Assembly (NCBI GenBank): GCA_951406725.2
Contig: OX597814.1
Span: 80,104,001 to 80,168,000, forward strand
Length of the DNA stretch: 64,000 bases
Reading direction: 5' to 3'
Source of the DNA: Octopus vulgaris
Lineage: Eukaryota
Positions 42,815 through 55,681 of the stretch are shown here, in pieces. Numbering within the stretch: the stretch's first letter is position 1; every line of letters starts with the position of its first letter. The notes below the pieces were generated by a model. That model was not told the DNA's origin, searched no databases, and saw nothing but the letters and a program-made list of their open reading frames with translations. The position numbers were made by a program, and so were the translations under genes.

Positions 42815-44205
42815 CCTCTCTCTCTCTCTTCCTTTGCTTCTCTTTCTTTTCTTTTCCCTCTTCTCTGTCACGTGACTGTTGGCCGAAATCTGCCTTTCAG
42901 TTTCTGACCCTCGTCTTGTTAACATCGCTGTTTTCGTCCGCCACTATAAAGGCTTTTTCCATTGCGCCAGAGAAAAAATTTGTTTGCTTGTTATCAGTCG
43001 TAAGACACTGTTGTTTTCACCGTTAATGCTTCTGTATTTCATGTTTCTGTATTCCATTATTGTTTTTTGTTTTTTTTATATCTGTCCCTTTTGCTGTCCT
43101 GGTGTTCGTATGCATTCGATCCTTCTTCCAGGAAATCTACGCTTCCAGCTTAGTTTTTCTAATGCTCGTTGCTTGGTTTTTCTTGGAGGGCTGGCCGTGA
43201 TCTAGTAATCTCAAGATTAATCAGCCGAAATTACTACGATGATCCGGTTCTTGACTGAAGACTGAGGGTTTCGAATGTCCTGTCCGTGTTTATTGTGTCG
43301 TCTTCTAAGAGTTATACGTTCTTGTCCATGTTGTATTTTTCTACATACCTTAACATATATTCCAGGCGCCCCGTACCCCCCTTAACATTTATGTGAGCAC
43401 ATATTCTTAATAATTGGTACGACTCTCTGTTTGTCTCTCTCTCTCTCTCATTTTTACTTGATCTGTCCCCCTCTCTCTCTTTTCTCTCTACTCATCCTCT
43501 TTTTCTCTTCTCTTTCCTCTGATTCTTTGGTCTAGTCTTCCACTACCCTCCTATTTCTTTGTCTCGCTCTGCACTCACAGGTCATTCTTCGACACCCATC
43601 CCTTCTCCTCTCTGATTCCTTCTTTCTCTCTCTTCTCTCTCTTTGTTGCGTTTGTCCCTCCTCTCTCTCTCTCCTCTCTCTCTCTTCCTTTGCTTCTCTT
43701 TCTTTTCTTTTCCCTCTTCTCTGTCACGTGACTGTTGGCCGAAATCTGCCTTTCAGTTTCTGACCCTCGTCTTGTTAACATCGCTGTTTTCGTCCGCCAC
43801 TATAAAGGCTTTTTCCATTGCGCCAGAGAAAAAATTTGTTTGCTTGTTATCAGTCGTAAGACACTGTTGTTTTCACCGTTAATGCTTCTGTATTTCATGT
43901 TTCTGTATTCCATTATTGTTTTTTGTTTTTTTTATATCTGTCCCTTTTGCTGTCCTGGTGTTCGTATGCATTCGATCCTTCTTCCAGGAAATCTACGCTT
44001 CCAGCTTAGTTTTTCTAATGCTCGTTGCTTGGTTTTTCTTGGAGGGCTGGCCGTGATCTAGTAATCTCAAGATTAATCAGCCGAAATTACTACGATGATC
44101 CGGTTCTTGACTGAAGACTGAGGGTTTCGAATGTCCTGTCCGTGTTTATTGTGTCGTCTTCTAAGAGTTATACGTTCTTGTCCATGTTGTATTTTTCTAC
44201 ATACC

Positions 44206-44209
<4 letters not shown>
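42815..44209. repeat. About 540-bp identical direct repeat, period 856 bp
   Basis: 42815-43353 recurs at 43671-44209. ORF-track translations at 42879 and 43735 are identical. The second copy ends at (TA)n. Confidence 0.95.
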
Positions 44210-44279
<70 letters not shown>

Positions 44280-44362
44280 CAGACAGACAGAGAGAAAGAG
44301 AGAGAGAAAGAAAGAGAGAGAGGGAAAGACAGACAGATAGTGAGAGAGAGACAGAGAGAGCT

Positions 44363-44430
<68 letters not shown>

Positions 44431-44477
44431 CAGACACAGAGATTGATAAAGAAATACGTATATACATATATGTACAT

Positions 44478-44532
<55 letters not shown>

Positions 44533-44619
44533 AACGTGTATATTATATAGCGACATATATATTCAACAAGCCAACAGTCAAAGTATCGAATCGTTGATCA
44601 TGAAACACCGTCTTCGATG

Positions 44620-45040
44620 GTCGGTACATGTAGCAAGAATGGAAGCGTCAAGGTTCTCACACCAAGTGTTATTATTCAGTGAGCTCACTTCAAGAAAAAG
44701 ACCACGGGGTTGCCCTCTTTGAATATAAAAGGACTAACTCAAAGCAATACTGAAAGCCACTTGAATGGAGCTTGAATCGTTTGAAACACAAGCCCGAGAC
44801 TGTACCATGTGCCAGTGTTCCATTACCATCAGAACCAAAATCTTCGAAGACACCAGAAGAGAAAAAGAAGAAAGCAAACGGGAAGTGAGAAAGTCTCGAC
44901 AAAATCAACCTCGTTATCCACCAACATTGCCATGCAGTGAAGAATCTATGCAAGAATTAGTCTACAGAGTTTTCAACGGCATCACCATAAAGGAAGCGTT
45001 CAGCAAAGAAGACAATAAATTCTCAGATACGAGATAAAGC
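44620..45040 (+). mobile_element. RTE-like LINE 3' remnant
   Basis: LFSELTSRKRPRGCP followed by FETQARD...IFEDTRREKEESKREVRK resembles the RTE ORF C-terminus. Confidence 0.55.
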
Positions 45041-46234
45041 CACCGCCGACGATGACATATTTATATACACACATAAAAACATGTGGATGCATACCTACAT
45101 GCATACATGGAAACTTACACGTGAATATGGACGTGAATATGGAAGTGTGTGTGTGAAATTATATAAATACTTCCGATCGTTAAAGTAGTCTTGTGATTCG
45201 TCTACTAACCAAATGCCTAACGTTAATATTTGCTACTTGATTTCCAGTACAAAATTTAACCAGATTTGAGAATCTTATAAAGTATTAACTGCTTTTTAAA
45301 TAAAATATTTAACTTAGGTACATATCGGAGAAATCGATCTATCTCTATGACGGTTTGTAATAGCGGGTCTCTCATTAAGAGACGTTGTTCAATAGTTTTT
45401 AGCAACTTTAATAGGGACTGAAACTGTATTGCTCACGGCCGATCATCAATGACATAAAATAAAATAATGAAATGATGCCGGATTTTATTTCACTTCTTTT
45501 TTCTCATTTCCTCCATTATTTTATTTTCATCAACTCTGAAAATTAGTCAGCATGGTTGCTGTGATAATACATATGGACATATAGATTAGACCACTCTGGC
45601 CCGACACCTGTTTTCACCATCCCCAGTGGTTGATTTGAAATCAAAATTTTCATAACGCTTCAATTACTCTCAGTGAAGAAAAGGGCAACATAATAATGAC
45701 TAGATGGGTGGGTTGGCTCACCGTTCTCAATTAAATGTTGCAGTGCATACAACGCCGATAACAGGATAGGAAACGCCCATACTATGAATGGCTTTTCCGT
45801 AACCATATCTGTTCTTAAATCCATAATGAGAAATGCAAGTGACAAACAGATGAAGCCTAGCAAAATTAATTTTCAGGTTGGATGCTTGCATTATAGTTCA
45901 GGGGATATGTTCCGAACTAAAGTAAGGTCAAGTCGTTCTGATAGCATTTCTGCTGTTGGGACGCATGAAATTCTCTACCAATCTTTTTCTTTTTTTTTCG
46001 CGGGCCGCAATTGGCATGATACAGAATAAGATTTTGGTATACTTTCTCTTAGACGTTTCATTGACTCTGGGAATCATGATATGACCCATACCCCTCTGCA
46101 TGATATGATTGCCTTTGGCTCTTCAGTAGTTCGTTCACCTTCTTTGACGCTTTATTTTTTACATTGAATTTATTATTGTTGAGTGAGAGAGCAGCACATG
46201 TCATCAAAGTGACACTGGGGTACAAATATATAAA

Positions 46235-46712
46235 GCCTAATATACCCATCATTTATACCCGTCTGATAAGGGTAAACCAGGCACATGCATCACAACCATA
46301 TGTGTGCATCATGGTGATCTCATATCGAGATAAACAGCGCATGACCTTGCAGGTGGGGCCCAGTTAGAATATTCGTCAGGTCGACTAACACATCCTCCTT
46401 GTTTAAGGATATTGAACGAAACGCCCATATTTCCAGAGGTGAATTATTCAAACCCCAAAGAATGTCTCTGAACATATGGCTATGATGCCCCCCACTATTT
46501 CTGCTCATGATCAGAGATGTTCATAATGTCAGCCACCAAGGGACTTGCTCAACTGGTTATGGTTAAACAAATGACGAGCAAATCTGTGGTATTGAGCAGA
46601 ATATTTGTTGTAGCCCATCTTTTATACATGACAAAACAATGTACATGATAATACTTCCAATCAGTTAAGATCGGAAGCCATGAGAGCCACTGCCTGGTAC
46701 TGCATTAGGGTA
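46235..46712 (-). mobile_element. Unclassified interspersed repeat
   Basis: Its reverse complement matches 63415-63588 (ctgctcaat...cacagatttgctcgtca...ttctttggggtttgaataat). It abuts a TTA/TAG microsatellite. Confidence 0.65.
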
Positions 46713-46725
46713 TTATTATTATTAT

Positions 46726-46784
<59 letters not shown>

Positions 46785-46812
46785 CTACTACTACTACTAC
46801 TATTATTATTAT

Positions 46813-47895
46813 TCAGTAATCTTAGTTTTATCACGTGAAAGAAAGCCTCCTAAATATCCTAGCTGTCCCGAATAACACCGTTTTCTGGAACTGTACTAAA
46901 CTGGATTTTATACCTCTTTCTTCTATCCATCAGTTCAAATCTTTAAGAATAATTCCTAATGCACCTATAATGACTGGAATACATTTTACCCACAATTTCC
47001 ATAATGTCTGTAATTCAATAGCTAGGTTCTGGTACTTTGCACTTTTTCCTATACTTCTCATATTGATTTTTCACTATTTGGGACTGTAAAGTCAATTATT
47101 TGACATTTTCTATTCTCTTTATCTTCTACTACTAAATCAGTCTGAATATTAAATTCACACAACATATTATATTTCTTACTTTCTAGTACTTTACTTAATT
47201 CATGTTCATACCATTTATCAATAGGGTTAAATCCTAGCTTTCTACATAATTTCTAGTGGATTGTTCTCCCTATGTTGTCTTGTCTTTTCTTGTATTTTTT
47301 CTGTGCCAGCATGCTACATTCACTTACTATATAAGTAACACTTTCCTCTTTTGATTTGCATAATCTACATTGGGAATCTACTTGATTTTTATCTATCTCG
47401 ACTTTTATCTAATTAGTCCTTAATGCTTGATCTTGTGCTACTAACAAGCTTTCTGTCTCCATTTTCAACCTCTCATTCTGCAACCATAACCATGTCTCAC
47501 TACAACTATCTGCTGCAACTATCTTCGGGAATTTACCATGCAATGCCTTCTCCTGCCAGTCAGACAATTTTTGTTCTTTTTTCTGGCTTTTAGCCTTGTT
47601 TTTTGTTGTTTTTTTGTTTTGGCTTCCCAATATTTTACTGTGACTCTAGCAGCTTTTAATAAACTTTCGTCATTATTACCTACATAGGAGTCTATATCTA
47701 CTCTAGCTAACTCCACGCAGTCTTCTATTGATATTAACCTTCTTCCACCTTCTTTTCTAGGTAGATATAATCTTGCTACTCCTGACCTTGGGTGGAGTTT
47801 TCCATTCATATTGAATTCCTTCCTAGTTCTTCTGTCTAGCTTTGGTAATTCAGCTTTTGCTCAATCTACAGAAGCTGCTGAGTATCTAAATAATT
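46813..47895 (-). mobile_element. R4/Dong-type retrotransposon 3' half with (TAA)n tail
   Basis: Motifs LHPRSGVARLYLPRKEGG, WQEKALHGKF, AQDQALRTN, CRLCKSKEESVTYIVSEC, CQIIDFTVP and QKTVLFGTARIFRR. It ends actgaataataat on its own strand. Confidence 0.9.
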
Positions 47896-47917
47896 ATACT
47901 TTCATTAATATAATTAT

Positions 47918-48217
47918 GCTTTCATCCTTTCGGGGTCGATTAAATAAGTACCAGCTACGCACTGGGGTCGATATAATCGACTTAATCTCTTTGTCTGTCC
48001 TTGTTTGTCCTCTCTGTGTTTAGCCCCTTGTGGGTAGTAAAGAAATAGGTATTTCGTCTGTCTTTACGTTCTGAGTTCAAATTCTGCCGAAGTCGACTTT
48101 GCCTTTCATCCTTTCGGAGTCGATTAAATAAGTACCAGTTGCGCACTGGGGTCCATCTAATCGACTGGCCCTCTTCCCCCAAAATTTCGGGCCTTGTGCC
48201 TAAAGTAGAAAAGAAAA
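47918..48217 (+). mobile_element. SINE family A, dimeric form, 5'-truncated
   Basis: Two copies of gctttcatcctttcgg(g/a)gtcgattaaataagtaccag joined by a tttgtctgtccttg...gtgggtagtaaagaaatag linker. Confidence 0.9.
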
Positions 48218-48820
48218 GAATATCACGAGCAGTCTGTTCCGTTGATTGCATCAACTGGAATACTCGTCGTCGTAACCGACGGAGAATCGGTTATTATGCG
48301 TTGCTGTTTAGACTCTAATCAGTTCTGTTCGTACAGATCTATTACTTCAAAATATTCCAGTCATTAATCCTCCCGTAATTTTCTTGTGTACACATATGAA
48401 CTCAGGACTACAATATTCAAATTATTCCATTCTGTAACAGTAACTTGTGGTTTGCATGAGATTTGCTGCCATTTCTAGCAGATACGATGACCACAGAGAC
48501 AATCCTGCGTCGATTCGTATATGTTCTGCGTAATAATTATAAGAGAATGGTGAAACTGGATAGCTCAATAAACTAACTAAATCGTCACGGATAAAGATTG
48601 AGTTATTATAGAAGACAGACAGACAAGATCATTTGTTATCTCATCTTACCGTAGATATTCCCTGCAGTGATGGTGGTAGTGATGTTATTGTTGTTTGTTG
48701 TTGTTGTTGGTCATGCTGTTCCTGTTCTTGTTTTGTTGTTTGTCTAATAAACTATCCGTATTAGAAGAAAGTAGTAAATATCAAATTTCCTTCAGAAGTA
48801 AAAACTGGCACTTGAATACT

Positions 48821-49036
48821 GATGATGCCGATGCTGATGACGATGACGAAGACCATGACCATGACGACGGCGACGACAGTGATGACGACAACGATGACGA
48901 CAGCGACGAGAACAACGGCGATGATGATGGTGGTGGTGGTCGTCGTCGTCGTTGTCGTCGTTGTCGTCGTCGTCGACGTCATGGTGTTGCTGCTTTTACT
49001 GCATTGCTGCTGCTACTGCGTTGCTACTGCTACTAT

Positions 49037-49075
<39 letters not shown>

Positions 49076-49130
49076 CGATGACGACGACGACGACGACGGC
49101 GACAACGACAACGACGGCGACGGCATCGAT
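48821..49130. repeat. (GAT)/(GAC)/(GTC) trinucleotide repeats
   Basis: Directly visible. Confidence 0.9.
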
Positions 49131-49392
49131 AACAATGTTGAGGACGGCAACGTTGAAAAGATGCTGATTACACGAAGGAGGAGCAGGTGGAGAGACAGAA
49201 GATCATGAAAACAGAAACGAGAAGTCAAGAAGAAAGGAACTAGTGGAGGATGGAGATCAGTGTTCAAAAGGATGTTAGACGACAGCAATGGATAACGAAA
49301 AGTATTGACTTGCAAGTTTTTAATGATACACTTTGAACACATACAAGCATAAATGAACACTCACAGGCAGTCTTTAACACATGTAAATATGT

Positions 49393-49439
<47 letters not shown>

Positions 49440-49446
<7 letters not shown>

Positions 49447-49717
49447 ATCACGTGACCGACCAGACCATCAGATGTAGTAACACATCGCTGGTCACAATGC
49501 GTTCGCATTGTTTTAGCCTTCGAGCAGGCCAACAGAAGAAACAGTGGGAGAAAGAGTGGTGAAAGAGTACAGCAGGGATCACCACCCTCTGCCGGAGCCC
49601 CGTGGAACCTTTAGGTGTTTTCGCTCAATAAACACTCACAACGCCTGGCCTGGGAATCGAAACCGCGATCCTACGACCGCAGGTCCGCTGCCCTAACCAC
49701 TGGGCCGTTGCGCCTCC

Positions 49718-49718
<1 letters not shown>
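49440..49718 (-). mobile_element. tRNA-derived SINE, group C, inserted in (TA)n
   Basis: On minus: tggaggcgcaacggcccagtggttaggg (A-box-like), ggtttcgattccc (B box) and tail ggtcggtcacgtgatcacgtga. Confidence 0.85.
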
Positions 49719-49766
<48 letters not shown>

Positions 49767-49794
49767 TGTGTGTATGTATATAAATATATATGTA

Positions 49795-49834
<40 letters not shown>

Positions 49835-49837
<3 letters not shown>

Positions 49838-51035
49838 ACGAACCCACAACCTGCGAGACCTCTTGACCCACAGCTTCTTCCCTAACCCCACCTCCCAATC
49901 TAGTTCGTTCCCCTGCTCCTGTCCACGCTGACGCACTTGCCCTTACCCCCTCCTCACCAGCACCCATCATCGACCCTATCATATCACCGACTCCTTCACC
50001 TGCTCTTCTACCAATGTCATCTACTGCATCTCCTGCTCTCTCTGCCCTTCTGTATACATCGGGCAAACAGGACGCCGCTTGGCTGACCGTTTCGCAGAAC
50101 ACCTCCGAGACATCTGACTCGGCAATGACACCCCGGTCTCACGCCATTTCCGCTCTACCGGTCACTCTTTGCAACGCCTGTCTTTGTTCCGATTTTCCTT
50201 GCACAGGGGCCATCCGGTCTCACGTCTTCGCCGTGAACAGAGGTTAATCTTCTCTTCACTCTTTTGCTCCATGGGCTCAACTCTCCGCCCCTTTTCCTTT
50301 AAACCACCACCCCTTTTCATTTAAACCTCCTTCCCCCTCCTCTCTTCTCCTCACACCTGCTTCCTCCCCTCTACCTCTCCTCTCTTGCTCCGACTCCTAC
50401 TTCTTCTCTTCACTCCTACACTCCTTCTCTCTTCTCCTCACTCCTACCCACCTTCTCCCTTCATCGTCACCCCTCCCTCGTAACCCCACCCCTACACAAT
50501 CTAATCCTACCTTCCCTATCCAACCGATCACGCACCCACCCCATCCCTTACACCCACTCCCACAGAACCCCAACCTCAGCCTAACCCACACCCACCCTCG
50601 CCTCCTCCACATCCCAACACCACCACACTATACTGATCACTTCCCAGCCCCACACTATCATCCACACACCTACACATGCACACACGCACACGTCAAGGTC
50701 ACCAGCCCTCTTTCTCACGCACATATATGCTCTCTTATACATATGTACGAGCACCTTCTTTTTGGTATCACCTCTACTTTATTATCTCCCCTTCTCCCCA
50801 TCTTCCTGTGTGACTCCTCTGTCCGGCATTTGCCATGATTGATCACTAGCCACTACACATTCTTTATTTTGTCTCCTTGTTTCTTTCTGTGTTCCTTTCT
50901 GTGGAAGAGCGTAGGCTCGAAACGTTAAAGACTTTTTCACTTCCCGAGTTTTAAACTAATACATCTGGTTGTTTTCTACACCACCTGTCTTCGTCTTTTG
51001 TTTTTTTTTTGTGTGTGTGAATTCTTCCCCCCTCC
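49835..51035 (+). mobile_element. Penelope-like element, 5'-truncated: GIY-YIG endonuclease remnant, C-rich 3' UTR and terminal repeat
   Basis: A + frame absent from the ORF track reads [10 protein letters not shown]...PCSCPR*RTCP...[40 protein letters not shown]...VSRHF, then RLRREQRLIF...GLN. Flanked by (TA)n. Confidence 0.92.
50895..50930 (+). ncRNA. Hammerhead-like motif with variant core
   Basis: cuuu-CUGUGGA-A-GAGC(guag)GCUC-GAAAC-GUU-aaag, same family as 11440. Confidence 0.6.
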
Positions 51036-51055
51036 TATTTATATATATATGTATT

Positions 51056-51099
<44 letters not shown>

Positions 51100-51524
51100 T
51101 GTGTGTATGTATGTATGTATATATATATATGCATGTATATATATATATGGTGGCTGCCCCTAGTTATCGAGTATGGCCATTGCACGAAGCTTAATCAATG
51201 TTATCGTGTAATGCCTGTGCAAGAAGATTTTTTAAAGTGAGGAAAGGCTGTGCACTGAGTCAATCCCACTCACTAAGCAACAGCAGCCATAATCCGAAAA
51301 GAAGAAGTTACATCGGTAACAACTGAGCGGCAGATTTTATGTCGGAGTTATCCCAGGTACCTGACTTACCTTCTCCTAGAAGGATGCCCTAACAAAGGCT
51401 AGGAGTCCTTCACTCCCAATGATTTAACCGTGCGATCGGGTATTCAGTCCGATTATTTCTACGTCCCCACGCATGATACAGCCTTAAGACATTTATTGGA
51501 TGGCCGTTGACTCTCAAGAGTTCA

Positions 51525-51565
<41 letters not shown>

Positions 51566-51569
<4 letters not shown>

Positions 51570-51897
51570 CTCAGTGGTTAGAGCGTCGAGCTTACGATCG
51601 TGAGGTTGTGAGCTCGAATCCCGGACCGGGCTGCGTGTTGTGTTCTCGAGCAAGGCACTTTATTTCACGTTGCTCCAGTTCACTCAGCTGTAGAAATGAG
51701 TTGCGACGTCACTGGTTCCAAGCTGTATCGACCTTTGTCTTTCCCTTGGATAACACTGGTGGCGTGGAGAGGGGAGGCTGGTATGCATGGGCGACTGCTG
51801 GCCTTCCATAAAAACAACCTTGCCCAGACTTGTATCTAGGAGGGTAACTTTCTAGGTGCAATCCCATGGTCATTCATGACCGAAGGGGGTCTTTACC

Positions 51898-51902
<5 letters not shown>
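51566..51902 (+). mobile_element. tRNA-derived SINE, group C type, inserted in (TA)n
   Basis: tgactcagtggttagagcg (A box), gctcgaatccc (B box) and gagcaaggcactttatttcacgttgctccagttcactcagctg. Confidence 0.85.
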
Positions 51903-51952
<50 letters not shown>

Positions 51953-51953
<1 letters not shown>

Positions 51954-52000
51954 TCTTACAGCTGTTTCCAGGATATTTATTATAACCCTTCATCGGAGAC
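51953..52000 (-). ncRNA. Hammerhead-like motif (C4 variant family)
   Basis: On minus: gucu-CCGAUGA-A-ggguuau(aauaa)auauccu-G-GAAAC-agcu-GUA-agac, directly followed by (TA)n. Confidence 0.6.
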
Positions 52001-52389
52001 GGTGTGAGAAAATGGTTAAGCAATAGTTAATTTAGATAAGATACGAAATAGAAAGTGAAGTGGAGGAATGAAAATAAATGTGAGATATGCAGGTTTATTG
52101 CATTTGTAGATCCATTATTTAGGCAGAATGGTATACATATAACATTCCAATTCCTTGTGAGTAAGAATGGTATACATACAAGATTCCAATACCTTTACTC
52201 ACAAGGTATTGGAATCTTATATGTATACCATTCTGCCTGAGTAACGTATCTAGAAATGTGTAGAGTAAGTTACAATTCCCGGATGTTTTTAATGAAAAGA
52301 TGTATTCTCCGAGATGTAGTCCAGTTTGATAAGCAGCCTGCACGAAACACTCAGCCCTTTAACAACTTAACTTCTCGATTACAACGAGC

Positions 52390-52492
52390 TTCTTTCAGTT
52401 TTCAAAGTTTTGGTCGGCCGAGACTATTGTAGTAGACATTTGCTCAAGGTGCCATGCAGTGGGACCATGTGGTTGTCAAAAAACCCTTCTTA
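52390..52492 (-). mobile_element. SINE family B fragment
   Basis: ttttggtcggccgagactattgtagtagacatttgctcaaggtgccatgcagtgggac is the reverse complement of the family-B 5' half. Confidence 0.7.
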
Positions 52493-52725
52493 ACACACAC
52501 ACGCACTCACACACACACATACAAACACACACACACTTATGTACTCACATCTGTGTGTGTGTGTGTGCGTGTGTGTGTGCTGTGTATACGGTGTAGGTAA
52601 ACTATACATCAGCTTCCTCTGGTGTTGAAACACATGACGCAAATTCATTCACCTTTTTACTAATAACAAAAAATTAACGTATTTTAAGTAATCTAGGTAG
52701 AGCAACAATAACAATAAATAAATAA

Positions 52726-52885
<160 letters not shown>

Positions 52886-53548
52886 AATAATAATAACAAC
52901 AAAAACGATAAAATAAGAACATTACTAATAATCATCATCAAAGTTGTCATCATCATCATCGACATCATTATAATCATCACCATTATCGTCAACATAATCA
53001 CCATCATCGCCTTAATAATCATCGCCGTTATCATCATAATCATTATTGCTGGTGGACATCCGTTATTCAATGATGTTGGGGTTTTTTTTCGGACGTTCGT
53101 TTATTTATTTCTTTTTCTTTTTCTTTTTTTTATACCTATTTTATATTTTTATGCTGTGAGCTTGTTGAGTGTTTTCAGCCAAATGTCGAGACTAGTTTTA
53201 ATGACTTCTCAGCTAGGCGAATGCCGTGTATTGTTAGGCTAATAAATGGGTCTTTATCAAGACCTGAATGTCTCCCTAGCTGCTCCAATGACTAGCAATA
53301 AAATTTACCAGGGTTGTAAATAAAAATAACTTTTCATTTGTGCTTCTTTGGTAATAAATACTAAAGATACCCAGCACTTTTATTTACAGAAAGAATAGAA
53401 GTAAAAGAGAGTGAGAAAGAGAGAGCATAATATGAATAGATGTGGAGATTATTAGCATTGACGGGTAAAGGGCTAGTGAGATGTGTTGTGAGATAGAAAG
53501 ATAGATACATAGATACATAAATAGATAGACAGACAGACATAAATAAGC

Positions 53549-53585
<37 letters not shown>

Positions 53586-53586
53586 T

Positions 53587-53751
53587 ATTTCTTTACTGCC
53601 CACAAGGGGCTAAACACAGAGGGGACAAACAAGGACAGACGAAGGGATTGAGTCGATTACATCGCCCCCAGTGCGAAACTGGTACTTTATTTATCGACCC
53701 CGAAAGGATGAAAGGCAAAGTTGACCTCGGCGGAATTTGAACTCAGAACGT
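53587..53751 (-). mobile_element. SINE family A fragment within (GATA)n
   Basis: atttctttactgcccacaaggggctaaacacagag...atcgaccccgaaaggatgaaaggcaaagttgacctcggcggaatttgaactcagaacg. Confidence 0.88.
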
Positions 53752-54556
53752 ATAGATAGATAGATAGATAGATAGGTTGGTAGGTAGTGAGGTAGCTAAG
53801 TAGGCACATACATATTTATACTTATAAGCATACATACGCGGTTTATATATGCATGTATATATATGTGTGTGTGTGTGTGTGAGTGTGTGTTTGGGTGGGT
53901 GTGCGCGCGTGTGGGTGAATTATGTGCATATAGAGAGAGGGATAGAGAGAATGAGAGAGAGAGGGAGGCAGACAGACAGATAGGTAGATGTATAGATAGA
54001 TAGGAAAAGGATGAATGTTGAGAGATATGCAACTTCGATGAGAGTTCAGGTGGAGATGCTGATGGTGGTGGTGGTGGTGAAGACGACGACGACGGCGGCG
54101 GCGGTGGCGGAAGCGATAACGATGATGATGATGATGATGATGATGAACATGATCTTTGTGTTGGTTGAAGCGTACATTGGATTCAAATAAATTCATTATA
54201 TATCGCTTCTATTAATTTTATCGACCAGATTCTGCCATCCATAATGATCGTGTATTTTAAATTAACTTTGCAGAAACATTTTTAAGTGGTGTATATTATT
54301 TAATTGTCCCAGGAACTTCATCAACCATGACAGGACTTGAACTCGTATAAAAGAGTCGTATAAGTGCTGAAGGCATTTACTGTATTTGCTGGCGTATAAG
54401 ACGCAAACTTGCATGAGGAGCACCCGTATTTTTCAACGTTATTTTATGGAACGCAAACTTAATATGTCTTATTGTACACTCACTGAGAATATTTTAAAGT
54501 GGGTTTACTTGGGTATGTGAATGGTTTGAGGAAAGTAAATGCAATCGTACGTTATG

Positions 54557-55325
54557 GTGTGTGTGTGCATGCGCGTGTGTGTGTGTGTGTGTCAGTGTGT
54601 GCGTGCGCGTACGCACGTGTGTGAGTACGTGCGTCTGTGTGTGCGCGTGTGTGTATGCTTGTGTGTGTCTGTGCGTGCATATGTACATGTGCGTGTGCGC
54701 TAGTGTATGTGTGAGCATGTGTATGTACGTGTGTGTGTGTCTGTGCGTGTGTGTGTATATTTATGTATTTATGTGCGTGAGTGTGTGTGCGTGCTCGTGT
54801 GTGTGCGCGCGCGTAGGTGTGTGTGTATGCGCGCGCGTGTGTGTGTGTGTGTCAGTGTGTGCGTGCGCGTATATACGTGTGTGTATGCGCGTTGTGTATG
54901 CTTGTGTGTGTCTGTGCGTGCGTATGTGCATGTGCGTGTGCGCGTATGTATGTGTGAGCATGTGTATGTAGGTGTGTGTGTGTGTCTGTGTATATGTATT
55001 GTATATGTATGTATTTATGTACCTGAGTGTGTGTGCGTGCTCGTGTGTGTGCGCGCGCGTAGGTGTGTGTGTGTATGCGCGCATGTGTGTGTACGTGTGT
55101 GCGTGCGTGTATATACATGTGTGTGTGTGTGCGCGTGTGTGTATGCTTTTGTGTGTCTGTGCGTGCGTATGTGCATGTGCGTGTGCGTGTGTGTGTGTGC
55201 ATGTGTATGTACGCGTGTGTGTGTGTCTGTGCGTGTGTGTGTATGTATTTGTGTGCGTGCTCGTGTGGGTGTGCGTGCTCGTGTGTGTGTGCGCGCGCGT
55301 AGGTGTGTGTGTGTATGTGTGTGTT
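54557..55325. repeat. Higher-order tandem repeat (about 245-bp period, about 3 units) of alternating purine-pyrimidine sequence
   Basis: The marker gtgctcgtgtgtgtgcgcgcgcgtaggtgtgtg recurs near 54790, 55037 and 55275. Confidence 0.8.
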
Positions 55326-55337
55326 GTGTGAAAACAT

Positions 55338-55655
55338 ATGACTTAGTAGTTGTTGTATTCGGTTCACCATCGTATGGTTGTGAGTTCGAATCCCGGCACG
55401 GCATTGTGTCCTTGAGCATGATACTTCATTTTACGTTGCTTCAGTCCACTCAGCTGGCAAAAATGAGTAGTACCTGTAATTCAAAGGGGCCAGCCATACC
55501 ACATTATGTTACACACGTTGAATCTTCCTTAGAATTACGCTTAGAGTATGCGTGTCTGTGGAGTGCTCTGCCACTTGTACATTAATTTCAAGAACAGGCT
55601 GTTCCGTTGATTGGAGCGTCCGGAACACTCGTCATTGTAACCGACAGCGGGTCAG
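55338..55655 (+). mobile_element. tRNA-derived SINE, group C type
   Basis: B box gagttcgaatccc and cttgagcatgatacttcattttacgttgcttcagtccactcagctg. The 3' part is shared with 48221-48290. Confidence 0.8.
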
Positions 55656-55681
55656 TTTAATTTGTACACACGCACAATCAT

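Noticed and set aside
43254-43290. CTGAAGA...GAA inside the 856-bp repeat as a hammerhead
   Set aside because: There is no pairing stem II, GAAA is incomplete and stem I does not close.
46690-46710. cctggtactgcatta resembles the 3' stem-loop of U2 snRNA
   Set aside because: The match is only about 15 nt with mismatches, and no other U2 sequence is present.
51566-51640. tRNA-like sequences here and at 49650-49718, 15586-15660 and 55338-55400
   Set aside because: A/B boxes are present but they continue into shared repeat bodies without a clean cloverleaf, so they are SINE heads and not tRNA genes.
54378-54480. tactgtatttgctggcgtataagacgca, a pogo/Tc2-like terminus
   Set aside because: Only one recognisable end is present and no matching TIR, so it was not listed as an element.
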